64,000 bases of DNA from an uncultured Pseudomonadota bacterium. Lineage in GTDB: Bacteria > Pseudomonadota > Alphaproteobacteria > RUG11792. Under the pieces are notes generated by a model, which was given only the letters and a program-made list of their open reading frames with translations, was not told the DNA's origin and did not search any database. Within the stretch, counting starts at the first letter, position 1. Each line of letters starts with the position of its first letter. Where the stretch lies: NCBI GenBank assembly GCA_902784055.1, contig CACZTP010000001.1:10755-74754 (forward strand), given 5' to 3'. The position numbers and the translations under genes are program-made. This document shows, piece after piece, positions 28,930-37,990 of this stretch.

Positions 28930-30884
28930 TCTAAATCGAGCATTGAACCGATGTTTATGTTATCATTATCTTTATCTGGTACATCCCGTGTTGATGTTTC
29001 GTTTTTTTCGGCTTCTTTAATATAGTTTTTTAAAAACCTTGCAATAACACGTGTCGGAATACGTCCACCAGTTGACTTTGACGTCATTTTATCATGGAGA
29101 CTATCATTACCAACCCATACACCAAAAGCAAGACCATTATCAGTTTTTTCTGTATTGACCGATTCTTCATCATCGTCGGTTTCGTCGTATGGATCATAAA
29201 ACCCGATAAACCAAGCATCAGTATCGCCATTACTTCCTGTTTTACCGTAGACTTCATCGTTAACCTTGGCAGCGCGCCCTGACCCCCTTTGTACTACTGA
29301 ATGTAATAATTCTCGGCAGTTATCTAAAACCTCACTGTCTAACACATCTATTGGAGTTGGCTCTTCTCTTGTGTACAAAATAGTTCCATCTTTTTTCCTT
29401 ATTTCAACAACACAGTAAGGAACAACTTCATATCCATCCATAAATGATGCAAATGCCGCCGTAATATCTTTTAATGTAACTGGAGTGGTACCCAAAGCAA
29501 CACTTAAATCATTTTCTGAGACATTTGTTATTCCTAACTTTTTAGCAAATTGTGAAACACGATGTAGTCCTATTGATTTAGCTAGCCTTATGCAAGGAGA
29601 ATTTACAGAATAAGTAAAAGCATCAATTAAAGATATTGAACCACGAGTACACCATCCGAAGTTACTGGGGTGCCAGTTTCCTATTGATATAGGCGCGTCT
29701 GAAATTTGATCGTATATTTGATATCCATATTCAAGAGCGGCTCCGTAAACAAAAATTTTAAAAGCGGAACCAGGAAAACGTTGAGCCTGAGTAACTCTAT
29801 TAAATTGAGTCGCTGAATAATCAGAACCGCCAATCATTGCTTGTATTGCGCCATTCCTATCCATACATATAAAAGAAATTTGACTAAATTTATAATTATT
29901 TCCTTCAGTATTTAAGTAGAACGATGTCGCTTCATCAGCAATACGTTGTTTTTTATCATCGAATGTTGTAACGACTATTATGTCATCTTCTAATTCTCCA
30001 AGTATTTTTTTTGATTGCTCATAAGCAAAACTACAAAAATATTGAGAGCTGTCTTTTCCCCTAACTGTATGAGAAAATGCTTTTTCTGCTTCTTTTCCTT
30101 CAATATCCTTTGCGCTTTTTATATACCCCTGTTCTTCCATTTGTTTTAGGACTACAACAGCCCTATCATGAGCATAGTTTTTGTGATTTGATGGGTTGTA
30201 TTTTGCTGGGGCTCTTAATGCTCCTGCTAAAACAGCCGATTCGAAAACACCCAGTTGTGACGCAGGTTTATTAAAATACTTTTTTGATGCTGCATCTATG
30301 CCATAAGTTCCAGCTCCAAAATATACACGATTAAGGTACATCATTATTATTTCTGACTTAGTAAATTTATATTCAATCCACAGCGCTAGTAAAAGTTCTC
30401 TAATCTTACGCCCTATTGATCGATCGTTATGTGATACCATTCCTTCGCCGATCAATATATTCTTAGCAAGCTGTTGCGTTATAGTAGAGCCTCCTTGAAC
30501 AACTCTATGGGCAATGTAATTTTGATAAACAGCTCTAGAAAAACCTATAATATCAAAACCGATGTGGCTATAAAACCTTTTGTCTTCTATTGCAATAAAT
30601 GCATTAATAACATGTTCTGGGAGGGATTTTACTTGTACAACATCTTCATACAAATCCCCAAACGTTCCTAATGTTGTTCCGTTATAGGATTGTATTTCAA
30701 CAGAAGGGGAACGTATAGCTGTATTTATATTGTTAATGTCGGGCAAATCTTTTGCATAGTAAATTAACACCCCACCAACTGATAAACAGCCGACACAAAA
30801 GAATATCCCTATTAATTTAAAAAACACTCTTATGAATGAATGTTTTTCTGCCTTTTTAAATTTATATTTTTTACGCTTATTCAT
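28926..30884 (-). CDS. mrcA: Class A penicillin-binding protein (glycosyltransferase plus transpeptidase)
   Basis: GT51 motifs EDKRFYSHIGFD, GGSTITQQLAKN, RKIRE. Transpeptidase motifs PGSAFK (SxxK) and GKTGS. Confidence 0.9.
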   Translation of the reverse strand: MNKRKKYKFKKAEKHSFIRVFFKLIGIFFCVGCLSVGGVLIYYAKDLPDINNINTAIRSPSVEIQSYNGTTLGTFGDLYEDVVQVKSLPEHVINAFIAIEDKRFYSHIGFDIIGFSRAVYQNYIAHRVVQGGSTITQQLAKNILIGEGMVSHNDRSIGRKIRELLLALWIEYKFTKSEIIMMYLNRVYFGAGTYGIDAASKKYFNKPASQLGVFESAVLAGALRAPAKYNPSNHKNYAHDRAVVVLKQMEEQGYIKSAKDIEGKEAEKAFSHTVRGKDSSQYFCSFAYEQSKKILGELEDDIIVVTTFDDKKQRIADEATSFYLNTEGNNYKFSQISFICMDRNGAIQAMIGGSDYSATQFNRVTQAQRFPGSAFKIFVYGAALEYGYQIYDQISDAPISIGNWHPSNFGWCTRGSISLIDAFTYSVNSPCIRLAKSIGLHRVSQFAKKLGITNVSENDLSVALGTTPVTLKDITAAFASFMDGYEVVPYCVVEIRKKDGTILYTREEPTPIDVLDSEVLDNCRELLHSVVQRGSGRAAKVNDEVYGKTGSNGDTDAWFIGFYDPYDETDDDEESVNTEKTDNGLAFGVWVGNDSLHDKMTSKSTGGRIPTRVIARFLKNYIKEAEKNETSTRDVPDKDNDNINIGSMLDLD

Positions 30885-31197
30885 CTGCCGTTAATTTTTT
30901 AACTAACATTTCTAATTCTTCATATGTTTTACATTGAATTGATAGCTTTCCACCTTTACGAGTTATAACTAGCGAAGTTTGCAACCCAATTGCTTGTTCA
31001 ATACTATTAGCAATTTCTATCGCTTCCTCGTTTTTAGCTGGTAAAATAAGTGTTCCATCACTACTATTGCGTTCTACTACTGCTTTTTTTTGTTCTTTTT
31101 TATTCTTATGAGAATTCGATACGTCGATCGCTTCTGTTTCATCTAACTGCATATCTCCAAACAATGCAGATAATCCACGACCTAGTTTATTTGCCAC
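30877..31197 (-). CDS. parB: Severely truncated ParB (106 aa): N-terminal LGRGL peptide fused to the C-terminal dimerisation domain; no CTPase or HTH region
   Basis: GTG 31197 gives MANKLGRGLSALF... The C-terminus AIGLQTSLVITRKGGKLSIQCKTYEELEMLVKKL fits the ParB C-terminal pattern LG..V.I.....G.l.I.f.s.eeL..l...L. The track extension to 31257 lies inside parA. Confidence 0.7.
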   Translation of the reverse strand: MANKLGRGLSALFGDMQLDETEAIDVSNSHKNKKEQKKAVVERNSSDGTLILPAKNEEAIEIANSIEQAIGLQTSLVITRKGGKLSIQCKTYEELEMLVKKLTADE

Positions 31198-31958
31198 TTT
31201 TTTTGCCTTTCTAAAAATTCTTTTGCTAATTCCATATAAGCACATGCTCCCACACATTTAACATCATATATAAGAACAGGTTTACCATGAGATGGCGCCT
31301 CAGATATTCTTGTATTTCTAGGAATTACAGTATTAAATACTTGTTTCCCCATTGTTGTCCTGACATCGTTTTCTACTGATAGGCTTAATGCGTTTCTTTT
31401 GTCGTGCATTGTTAACAGTATTCCGAAAATACGCAAAGTGGGATTGAAAGAGTTTTTTACACGTTTCACAGAGTTTATCAAGTAATTCAATCCTTCCATC
31501 GCGTAGTATTCACATTGTAAAGGCACTATAACACCGTCAGCTGCGACCAAACCATTAAGGGTTAATATTCCCATTGAGGGTGGACTATCTATAATTATGT
31601 AATCAAATCTTTTATTGTATTGAAATAGTGCATTTCTCAATATAGTTTCTCTATTTTCGGCTTGAACTAATTCTATTTCCGCCCCTATAAGGTTTATATT
31701 TGACGGAGCTAGTGTTAAACCAGGGATTGATGTTTGAAGAATTATACCGTTTAGATTTTTAGATTGGATCATTAAATCATAAGTCGAACCGTTTTTTGTA
31801 GAATAAATACCCAATCCAGTTGTTGCATTACTCTGTGGATCTAAATCAATAAGTAATACCTTTTTTTTTACAGCAGCAAGTGCAGTAGCAAGATTAACAG
31901 CAGTTGTTGTCTTACCTACTCCTCCTTTTTGGTTAGAAATCAAAACTGTTAAAGCCAC
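31182..31958 (-). CDS. parA: Chromosome partitioning ATPase ParA/Soj
   Basis: NQKGGVGKTTTAVNLA, LLIDLDPQ.N.T, IIIDSPPS, IPRN.R..EAPS.G. Confidence 0.93.
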   Translation of the reverse strand: MALTVLISNQKGGVGKTTTAVNLATALAAVKKKVLLIDLDPQSNATTGLGIYSTKNGSTYDLMIQSKNLNGIILQTSIPGLTLAPSNINLIGAEIELVQAENRETILRNALFQYNKRFDYIIIDSPPSMGILTLNGLVAADGVIVPLQCEYYAMEGLNYLINSVKRVKNSFNPTLRIFGILLTMHDKRNALSLSVENDVRTTMGKQVFNTVIPRNTRISEAPSHGKPVLIYDVKCVGACAYMELAKEFLERQKKWQIN

Positions 31959-32024
31959 AATTCAATAGCTGGTAATTTAATAACAAAGATATTTTAACAC
32001 CTGGTGAAATAAACTAAAAACACC

Positions 32025-32567
32025 CTATGTTAATTGTACTTTTAGTAAAATACTGTCAGATGTTAGAGAGCTTTTTATTGGTTCATAACGAATATTACAG
32101 ATGTTATTTAACTCCGATTTCCACGTTTTGCCCCGGTGGAATATCCCTTCTTGTATTGAGAGTTTTTGCATTATATCTATTAATATTTCAAGCGAACCGA
32201 AAGCTCTTGAAACGGCAAAAAATGGTTTTTCATACATAGATGTGTCCATTTTGTAAATATCTCCTGTATATATTTGACATTTCAGCTTTAACAATCGACG
32301 CACTTCTTTTAAAAAAACTGATTTTTTAATGTCTTTTTCAATAAGGACTATATTATCAAACCCTGCAATTGCCAAGATAATACCAGGAAGCCCTGCACCA
32401 CTTCCTATGTCAAAAATAGTTCCATTTTTAGGTAAATAAGGAGCAAGTTGTAAACTATCATCAATATGTCGTGTTTTAACATCTCTTAATGTATCGGCTT
32501 GTACAAGATTGATATGTTTATTCCAATTGTTTAATAGTTCGATATATTTATAAAAAACGTTATTCAT
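32025..32567 (-). CDS. rsmG: 16S rRNA (guanine527-N7)-methyltransferase RsmG (GidB)
   Basis: W N..INL, DIGSGAGLPGI, SRA. Canonical position upstream of parAB. Confidence 0.9.
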   Translation of the reverse strand: MNNVFYKYIELLNNWNKHINLVQADTLRDVKTRHIDDSLQLAPYLPKNGTIFDIGSGAGLPGIILAIAGFDNIVLIEKDIKKSVFLKEVRRLLKLKCQIYTGDIYKMDTSMYEKPFFAVSRAFGSLEILIDIMQKLSIQEGIFHRGKTWKSELNNICNIRYEPIKSSLTSDSILLKVQLT

Positions 32568-32581
32568 TCGTTACCCAAATT

Positions 32582-33175
32582 TTATTTGTCACCCAATTTT
32601 TTATATATCGGAGTAGATGAATATTCGATATCAACACTTTCTTTTATTAAACCGTCTTCATCGTTAATAATATTCGGAATTTCTCCGTTAAAATAATCAC
32701 ATAACGCAACATATTGCATATACGCCAAGTTAACATTATTATTTAATAAATCCGCATCGATAATAACGTTTTTATATTTTGATTCTAAGTTTTCTAATGA
32801 ATCGGTTGATTGCCCAGAAAGTTTACCGTTTATAACTTCTCTATAATAAAAACTTCCACAATAAGAATTAATTGCGATAGCTTCACAATCTTTATTAGCG
32901 TGGAAATACGTCAGGAAATTCGATACACTTATAAATCTCACATTTGGATTAACAAGTTTAAGAGCTTTAATAATTGAGTTAACTATTCTTTGGGTTGTAA
33001 ACGTTAAAACTCCAGCAGAATATATAACTTTTGTTATATTTTTATCTCTTATTTCGTCACTTAAAAGCAATGGAGCTACATCGGCAATTTTATATGCATC
33101 CGAAAGGGCGTGCATTCTTGAAGTGTTAGGGCTAAAAATATGGCAACAGTTATTGCATAAGAAAAATGACAACAT
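32582..33175 (-). CDS. tsaB: Divergent TsaB (YeaZ)-like protein
   Basis: Collinear with TsaB, but the conserved blocks are degenerate: DTS is replaced by LCN, and GPGSFTG.RIG by SAGVLTFTTQRIV. Similarity then continues (..ISVSNF..; AINSYCGSFYY). Overlaps the upstream gene by 1 nt. Confidence 0.55.
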   Translation of the reverse strand: MLSFFLCNNCCHIFSPNTSRMHALSDAYKIADVAPLLLSDEIRDKNITKVIYSAGVLTFTTQRIVNSIIKALKLVNPNVRFISVSNFLTYFHANKDCEAIAINSYCGSFYYREVINGKLSGQSTDSLENLESKYKNVIIDADLLNNNVNLAYMQYVALCDYFNGEIPNIINDEDGLIKESVDIEYSSTPIYKKLGDK

Positions 33176-33849
33176 TATGACCTCACTTTTATATTTATTA
33201 CTTTCTTTAATTTTTCAAGCTCAGCATCGTTGGGTAATGATAAGGCTACATCATCTTTATCTTCATACCTCAGTACACACTGTTGTAATACCCACTCTTT
33301 CACGTTATTATCCTTCAAAAAATGTGCAATTTCTAATAAGTCGTCAAAATTTATATATCGGCTATCAACTGTTGTACGTATTTCGAAATCTAAATTATTA
33401 CGATGTTTAAGCATTTTTATAAAAGACTTTTCGGCTATATTACCAGAGTTTGAAACGCCGGTTATTTTCTCATAATTTTTAAAAGTTGTTTTTATATCAA
33501 ACCCCACCCAATCAACAACTGGTAAGATTTCACAAAATCTTTCATATATGTACCCGCTTGTATGCAAACCGACGGCAAAACCTAATTTTTTTACTTGAAC
33601 CATCGCTTCGTATAAATCTGATTGAAATAATGGCTCGCCACCACAAAAGACAATCCCTTCTAATAAACCTACTCTGCTTTTTAAAAAGCTGATTACATCA
33701 CTAAATGGTATGGTACCTGGGCTTATAGGCTGAAGATCTGCGTTATGACAATAAGAACATCTTAGGGGGCACCCTTGAGTAAAAATAATCGCCGACATTT
33801 TCCCTGGATAATCCAGCATTGAAAAATGTTGTATTGCGGCGATTTTCAT
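33175..33849 (-). CDS. Radical-SAM activating enzyme of the anaerobic RNR activase (NrdG/TIGR02495-like) type
   Basis: MKIAAIQHFSMLDYPGKMSAIIFTQGCPLRCSYCHN (CxxxCxxC cluster), then FCGGEPL. 224 aa. Confidence 0.8.
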   Translation of the reverse strand: MKIAAIQHFSMLDYPGKMSAIIFTQGCPLRCSYCHNADLQPISPGTIPFSDVISFLKSRVGLLEGIVFCGGEPLFQSDLYEAMVQVKKLGFAVGLHTSGYIYERFCEILPVVDWVGFDIKTTFKNYEKITGVSNSGNIAEKSFIKMLKHRNNLDFEIRTTVDSRYINFDDLLEIAHFLKDNNVKEWVLQQCVLRYEDKDDVALSLPNDAELEKLKKVINIKVRS

Positions 33850-33851
33850 TT

Positions 33852-35654
33852 TTAATTATCTTTGAACTTTTTAATTAACTCATCAACGCTAAGCGTTTCA
33901 TTTTTCGTGTTTCCAAGTTCTCGAAGTGAAACAGTGCCGTTTTCAATTTCTGATTTTCCTATAGTTAGAATACAAGGAACTTTTTGCTTAGAAAATTTCC
34001 TTATTTTATAAGGTAACGTATCGTTGCCCATATCAGTAACAGTTCTAAAATTGTTTTCAATTAGTTTGTTTTCTACATTCTTAGCGTATTCTCTACAATC
34101 ATCAGATACTGTCACTATCGCAAATTGTACAGGAGATAGCCAAAATGGTAGTTTACCATTGAAGTGTTCAATCAATATACCGATGAAACGCTCCATAGAA
34201 CCAAGCACCGCCCTATGCACCATAACAGGGTGTTTCTTCTCTCCTTCTGCTGTTGTATAGTGAATATCAAACCTTTCGGGTAAATTAAAATCAACTTGTA
34301 AGGTTCCACATTGCCAATCTCGACCTAAACAATCTTTTAAGACAAACTCAAGTTTGGGACCATAAAAAGCTCCTTCACCAGAATTCAATTCATAGGTCAA
34401 ACCTGCCTGGGTTGCCGCATCCTTCAAAGAATTTTCTGCTAAATCCCATATTTCGTCAGCTCCTACACGTTTTGCAGGTCTATCTGAGAATTTAACCGAC
34501 ACATCATTAAATCCAAATTTTGAATATATTTCCTTTAGCATTTTGCAGAAGTTTATAGTCTCTGAAACTATCTGTTCTGGTGTACAGAAAATATGCCCGT
34601 CATCTTGTGTAAAAGCTCGAAGTCTCATAATACCATGTAAAGAACCCGAACTCTCATTTCTATGGCACAGCCCGAATTCTCCGTATCTCAATGGCAAATC
34701 ACGGTAACTTTTTACAGAACCAGTTTTATAACAGATTATATGCCCTGGGCAATTCATCGGTTTTATAGCCATAGTCGTCTCCGACTCATCGACTATAAAC
34801 ATGTTTTCTTTAAATTTGCCCCAATGCCCTGATGTCTCCCATAAACTTTTGTTTAACAGTTGAGGAGTTTTAACGAGTTTATAGCCGTAATTCTGCATTA
34901 TATTAGCAATATACTTTTGTAATGTATCGTACAAAACTTGTCCCTTTGGTAGCCAAAAAACATTACCTGGAGCTACTTCATCAACATGGAACAAATCAAG
35001 TTCAACTCCAAGTTTTCTATGATCTCGCATCTGAGCTTCTTCAAGCATTTTACAATAAGCTTTAAGCTCTTTTTTGTTGGAAAATGCAACCCCATAAATA
35101 CGTTGCAACATTGGGCGTTTACTGTCTCCACGCCAATATGCTCCTGCTACCTTGTTCAATTTGAAACAATCGACTGGAATGTATCCACTTGACGGTATGT
35201 GAGGTCCTCGGCACAGATCTAAAAAATCACCGACTTGATACAACGAAACAGTATCGGTATCTATACTTTCTAAAATTTCAACTTTATAGGGCTGGTTTTT
35301 ATTCTTGAATAATTCTATTGCATCTATTCGTGATATTTCACTTCTTGTAAATTTTAAATCTTGTTTAATTAGTTCGCGCATCAACTCTTCAATCTCGATC
35401 AAATCATCTGATGAAAACTCTTTTAATGACTGTAAGTCATAATAAAAACCATTATCTATTGCAGGACCTATTGCAAATTTTATTTCTGGATCGATTTTTT
35501 GTAATGCTGTAGCCATTATATGGGCAAGAGAGTGACGCAGTATTTTTGCTCCATCTTCCGAGTGAATTGATACTAACTCTCCGTCTTTTTCAGAATGCAG
35601 TCCTAAATCAACAATTTCTCCGTTCATTTTTATAGCAATAATATCTTTATTCAT
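33852..35654 (-). CDS. thrS: Threonine--tRNA ligase
   Basis: Editing-domain HS.AH, class II motifs (FRNE-like HRNESSGSLHGIMRLRAFTQDD, GEGAFYGPK), C-terminal anticodon-binding domain. Confidence 0.97.
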   Translation of the reverse strand: MNKDIIAIKMNGEIVDLGLHSEKDGELVSIHSEDGAKILRHSLAHIMATALQKIDPEIKFAIGPAIDNGFYYDLQSLKEFSSDDLIEIEELMRELIKQDLKFTRSEISRIDAIELFKNKNQPYKVEILESIDTDTVSLYQVGDFLDLCRGPHIPSSGYIPVDCFKLNKVAGAYWRGDSKRPMLQRIYGVAFSNKKELKAYCKMLEEAQMRDHRKLGVELDLFHVDEVAPGNVFWLPKGQVLYDTLQKYIANIMQNYGYKLVKTPQLLNKSLWETSGHWGKFKENMFIVDESETTMAIKPMNCPGHIICYKTGSVKSYRDLPLRYGEFGLCHRNESSGSLHGIMRLRAFTQDDGHIFCTPEQIVSETINFCKMLKEIYSKFGFNDVSVKFSDRPAKRVGADEIWDLAENSLKDAATQAGLTYELNSGEGAFYGPKLEFVLKDCLGRDWQCGTLQVDFNLPERFDIHYTTAEGEKKHPVMVHRAVLGSMERFIGILIEHFNGKLPFWLSPVQFAIVTVSDDCREYAKNVENKLIENNFRTVTDMGNDTLPYKIRKFSKQKVPCILTIGKSEIENGTVSLRELGNTKNETLSVDELIKKFKDN

Positions 35655-35657
35655 TGA

Positions 35658-35942
35658 TTACTCCACTATTTTAGGAACACAGAACATATCAAATTTTTTA
35701 TTCTTTGTGTTTGACAATAACTCATTTCTCGTATTATCCATATGGGGAGTATCCGTTCGTTCAGTAGTGCTTGTCATGCAATCGAAAGTTGTATTGTCAA
35801 CTGATGTTGTATCAATCATTTTTAACTGATCGATCCAACCAAATATTGAATTCAATTTATTTAAAAACTGTTCTCGATTTTTTTCGGGTATTGATAGTTT
35901 CGCCAAACGGCAAACTTTATTAAATTCCTGATCGCTTATCAT
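35658..35942 (-). CDS. gatC: Glu/Asp-tRNA amidotransferase subunit C
   Basis: MISDQEFNKVCRLAKLSIPEKNREQFLNKLNSIFGWIDQL. About 94 aa. Start set at ATG 35942 (the track ORF extends to 36011). Confidence 0.85.
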   Translation of the reverse strand: MISDQEFNKVCRLAKLSIPEKNREQFLNKLNSIFGWIDQLKMIDTTSVDNTTFDCMTSTTERTDTPHMDNTRNELLSNTKNKKFDMFCVPKIVE

Positions 35943-36021
35943 ATAAGACAATCCTACTGAATACGTTACCGTTACAGAATAGCACGTTGTGCTCTTTTGA
36001 GGGAGAAACACAACTTTTAGT

Positions 36022-36825
36022 TCAAAAATCTGACTCTGAATTTATGGACCAATTGCAAATATCCAGGTTTATCAATTCAAGTAAATTGAAAAATAACTCA
36101 CTAGTGTTTTTTGATCTACTATAAAATGTCGTATTTTGACTTTGCCCCATATAAGACAGTTGAAAATTGCGTTTCTTATGCGCAGTTAAGTTGAGCAAGT
36201 CGCCACCTGAAAAACTTCGGCTTAATTTTGAGTTATTGGCTGTTGCTTCGGACGATTCAAGTATAAACAGAGTTTTCTGCGCTTTGGATTGTTTTTTATT
36301 AACTAGAATTTTTTCCAAATGTTTGCAATTATTCTGCTTACTGCGTTCATAAACTTTATTGGTTATATCCTCGCTTTCACTGTTGAGTTCAAGTATGAAT
36401 TGCTCTTCTGGTAGAGATATACTCAATCTGTTGGTTTGTGCCTGCAAGTGAGAACCGCCTCTTTTAATTAAAAATCTATCTTCTAGTGGTAGCTGGTTTT
36501 TAAGAAAAATATTTGAATGTTCCGGCAAGTTAATACTTGCAAGTTGTGATACAAACACATCTCTGTTAGACTCAAACCTTAAATCTTTTTCTTCAACGGT
36601 ATCTGTGGACAATACATTTTTTGTACGTAGATAATGTACAGCAATATTACTAATATTAGAGCGATCTTTGTCTGGAGTTTTGTATCCATAATTCAATAAC
36701 AAGTTACTTTTTGATAAATTGTTTATTATAGGTAAGCTCCGTGATCTTCTAGTGGCTTGGGCTTCAGACCAGAACGTTGATGACAAAAAAATCAAACTAA
36801 GAACAATCCTTTTTGATGTACACAT
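36022..36825 (-). CDS. Secreted protein of unknown function (267 aa)
   Basis: Signal peptide MCTSKRIVLSLIFLSSTFWSEAQA. Hydrophilic S/N/K-rich body. No recognisable domain. Confidence 0.6.
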   Translation of the reverse strand: MCTSKRIVLSLIFLSSTFWSEAQATRRSRSLPIINNLSKSNLLLNYGYKTPDKDRSNISNIAVHYLRTKNVLSTDTVEEKDLRFESNRDVFVSQLASINLPEHSNIFLKNQLPLEDRFLIKRGGSHLQAQTNRLSISLPEEQFILELNSESEDITNKVYERSKQNNCKHLEKILVNKKQSKAQKTLFILESSEATANNSKLSRSFSGGDLLNLTAHKKRNFQLSYMGQSQNTTFYSRSKNTSELFFNLLELINLDICNWSINSESDF

Positions 36826-36911
36826 AGCGTTAACTTAATAGATATGAAACATTCTTATGAAATTTTATCATTTGATGTAATTTTCAAAAGGCTTAGCTAC
36901 AAATTATTTAC

Positions 36912-37943
36912 TTATTTTTCAGGATCAAGGAATGTTTTGCTTATAGTTGCAAAAACAACAGTAAGGGGAACTGCAAGAAACAACCCAGCAGTTCCTAACA
37001 CAGATGTTGTGGCACATATTGAAAACATCATCCAAAATGGGGATATTCCAAGTTTTTCACCTATAAATTTAGGAGTTAGGTAATTTGAATCTATAAAGGG
37101 AATTAATAGATAGACAAGAACAGTGGAGAAGTATTGATAAATGGAAAAATCGTTAAGACACATAGCAAGAGTGACACCTAACCCTATAAATGAACCAAAA
37201 AATGGGATTATAGAAATCATTCCAGAAAACAATCCGCATACTACGCTTTCGCTGACACCTATTACAGTGAGTAACATGCAATATATAATTGCTAAGATAC
37301 AGCATAGAGATAACTGACCTTTTATATATTCAGCAAGTCGATTATTTATATTTTGAATTAACTCTAACACACTTGGAGAAGTAAGTTTGCGTAATAGTAC
37401 TTTTGAATATCTAACAAATTTATTCCAATCGCGAAGCAAATAAAATGTGATAATAGGCGTCATAAACATAAATATCAATATATATATTACTGATTTGCCA
37501 GTATAGATGAATTTTAGAAGGTAACGAGGAACATTTGAAACTATCGTTCTTGTATAATTCTGTATCGATGTACCTATATCAATAGGCTGATTAATACCTA
37601 TTTTTTTTAGAGAATCATATATTGCATTATTAATACTTTCTGCTGATACAGTATTAACTAGTATACTTATCTTGTTCAAAAGAACTATTGCTGACTTTTG
37701 AACAAGTGGAATTATAAAAACTCCCACAAGTGTACACACCGCTACAAGCAACGTGATTATTATGCCGGAAGACGTGGCTGGCGATACTTTGAATCGTGCC
37801 GATATCTGATTTGCCGGATAGTGAAAGCAATACGCCAATATAACGCTTACTATAAATGGGATCATCCATTGACCCATTGCGCACAATACAAAGAACAACC
37901 CAATAAAAAAGGAACAAAGAGTTATTATTTTATAGTTCATCAA
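36912..37943 (-). CDS. AI-2E family (PerM/UPF0118) transporter
   Basis: 8-TM profile and a conserved C-terminal region (IIPFFGSFIG......IDSNYLTPKFIGEKLGISPF......GTAGLFLAVPL). Confidence 0.85.
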   Translation of the reverse strand: MMNYKIITLCSFFIGLFFVLCAMGQWMIPFIVSVILAYCFHYPANQISARFKVSPATSSGIIITLLVAVCTLVGVFIIPLVQKSAIVLLNKISILVNTVSAESINNAIYDSLKKIGINQPIDIGTSIQNYTRTIVSNVPRYLLKFIYTGKSVIYILIFMFMTPIITFYLLRDWNKFVRYSKVLLRKLTSPSVLELIQNINNRLAEYIKGQLSLCCILAIIYCMLLTVIGVSESVVCGLFSGMISIIPFFGSFIGLGVTLAMCLNDFSIYQYFSTVLVYLLIPFIDSNYLTPKFIGEKLGISPFWMMFSICATTSVLGTAGLFLAVPLTVVFATISKTFLDPEK

Positions 37944-37990
37944 TGATTAAAGCGCAGTTAACCCGGGCAATGATAACACGATTGGGTTTA

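Noticed and set aside
31198-31257. Upstream extension of the parB remnant (track start 31257, MCGSMCLYG..)
   Set aside because: The extension lies inside the parA coding sequence in another frame. GTG 31197 gives the canonical ParB N-terminus MANKLGRGL.
30877-32567. Replication origin near rsmG-parA-parB (searched for DnaA boxes TTATCCACA/TGTGGATAA)
   Set aside because: I found no convincing DnaA-box cluster or AT-rich unwinding element in the flanking intergenic DNA. The genes are tightly packed.
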